37,481 nt of DNA from Bigelowiella natans CCMP2755 (lineage: Eukaryota > Protista > Cercozoa). Below, one piece after another: positions 37,120-37,481 of this stretch. Below the pieces are notes generated by a model. That model worked only from the letters and a program-made list of their open reading frames with translations. It ran no database searches and was not told the DNA's origin. A program made the position numbers and the translations under genes. The stretch covers positions 1 through 37,481 of the forward strand of contig ADNK01001054.1 of the NCBI GenBank assembly GCA_000320545.1. Direction: 5' to 3'. Position 1 is the stretch's first letter; every line of letters begins with the position of its first letter.

Positions 37120-37322
37120 CCTTGAAGAGGCAGCAACAGTAGCAGCAGCAGTAGTAGTAGTAGTAGTAGTAGCAGAAGCAGTAGTAGTTGGCGAGAAAAA
37201 CTTGAATATGCATCAATAAGTATGGACAACAAATAGATCTGTAGACACATATCATCACGCAAAACACAAACAAATACACACACACACACACACTTACCCA
37301 CTTACACCTTGAAACAGAGAAA

Positions 37323-37376
<54 letters not shown>

Positions 37377-37481
37377 TTAAATGAAGAGGAACATATAAGC
37401 TGCACATGCAATATGAAAGAATTGCATATGTTATGACTACTAGTCGTTCTGCTTTCTATTATATTTGCCATTGCACTGTAA

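Overview
Eukaryotic nuclear DNA: gene-dense, rich in GT-AG introns, many introns filled with microsatellites. Two genes encode signal peptide + transit-peptide-like presequences on plastid-type proteins, which suggests an alga with a secondary plastid (chlorarachniophyte-like; inference). Manual splicing supports about 11 genes: a small membrane protein, a 9-finger C2H2 protein, a TVP38/TMEM64-like protein, a plastid-targeted UPRT homologue with degenerate active-site motifs, an SLC35/DMT-like transporter, an uncertain type I membrane protein, poly(A)-binding protein, mitochondrial ATP synthase gamma, a plastid-targeted SlyD-like FKBP, a SAM-domain protein and the 3' part of a TraB-domain gene. 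The main accessory element is a 5.7 kb Ty3/Gypsy-type LTR retrotransposon (26170-31885) with identical 326-bp hairpin-rich LTRs and one gag-pol ORF. Its polyprotein has a shortened DD(27)E integrase and ends in a domain resembling a degenerate Dam/DIRS-type N6-adenine methyltransferase. It shows no target-site duplication and sits inside one of several palindrome-rich, purine-pyrimidine-alternating tracts that recur downstream of gene 3' ends. All family assignments are from motif recognition by eye, not database searches.
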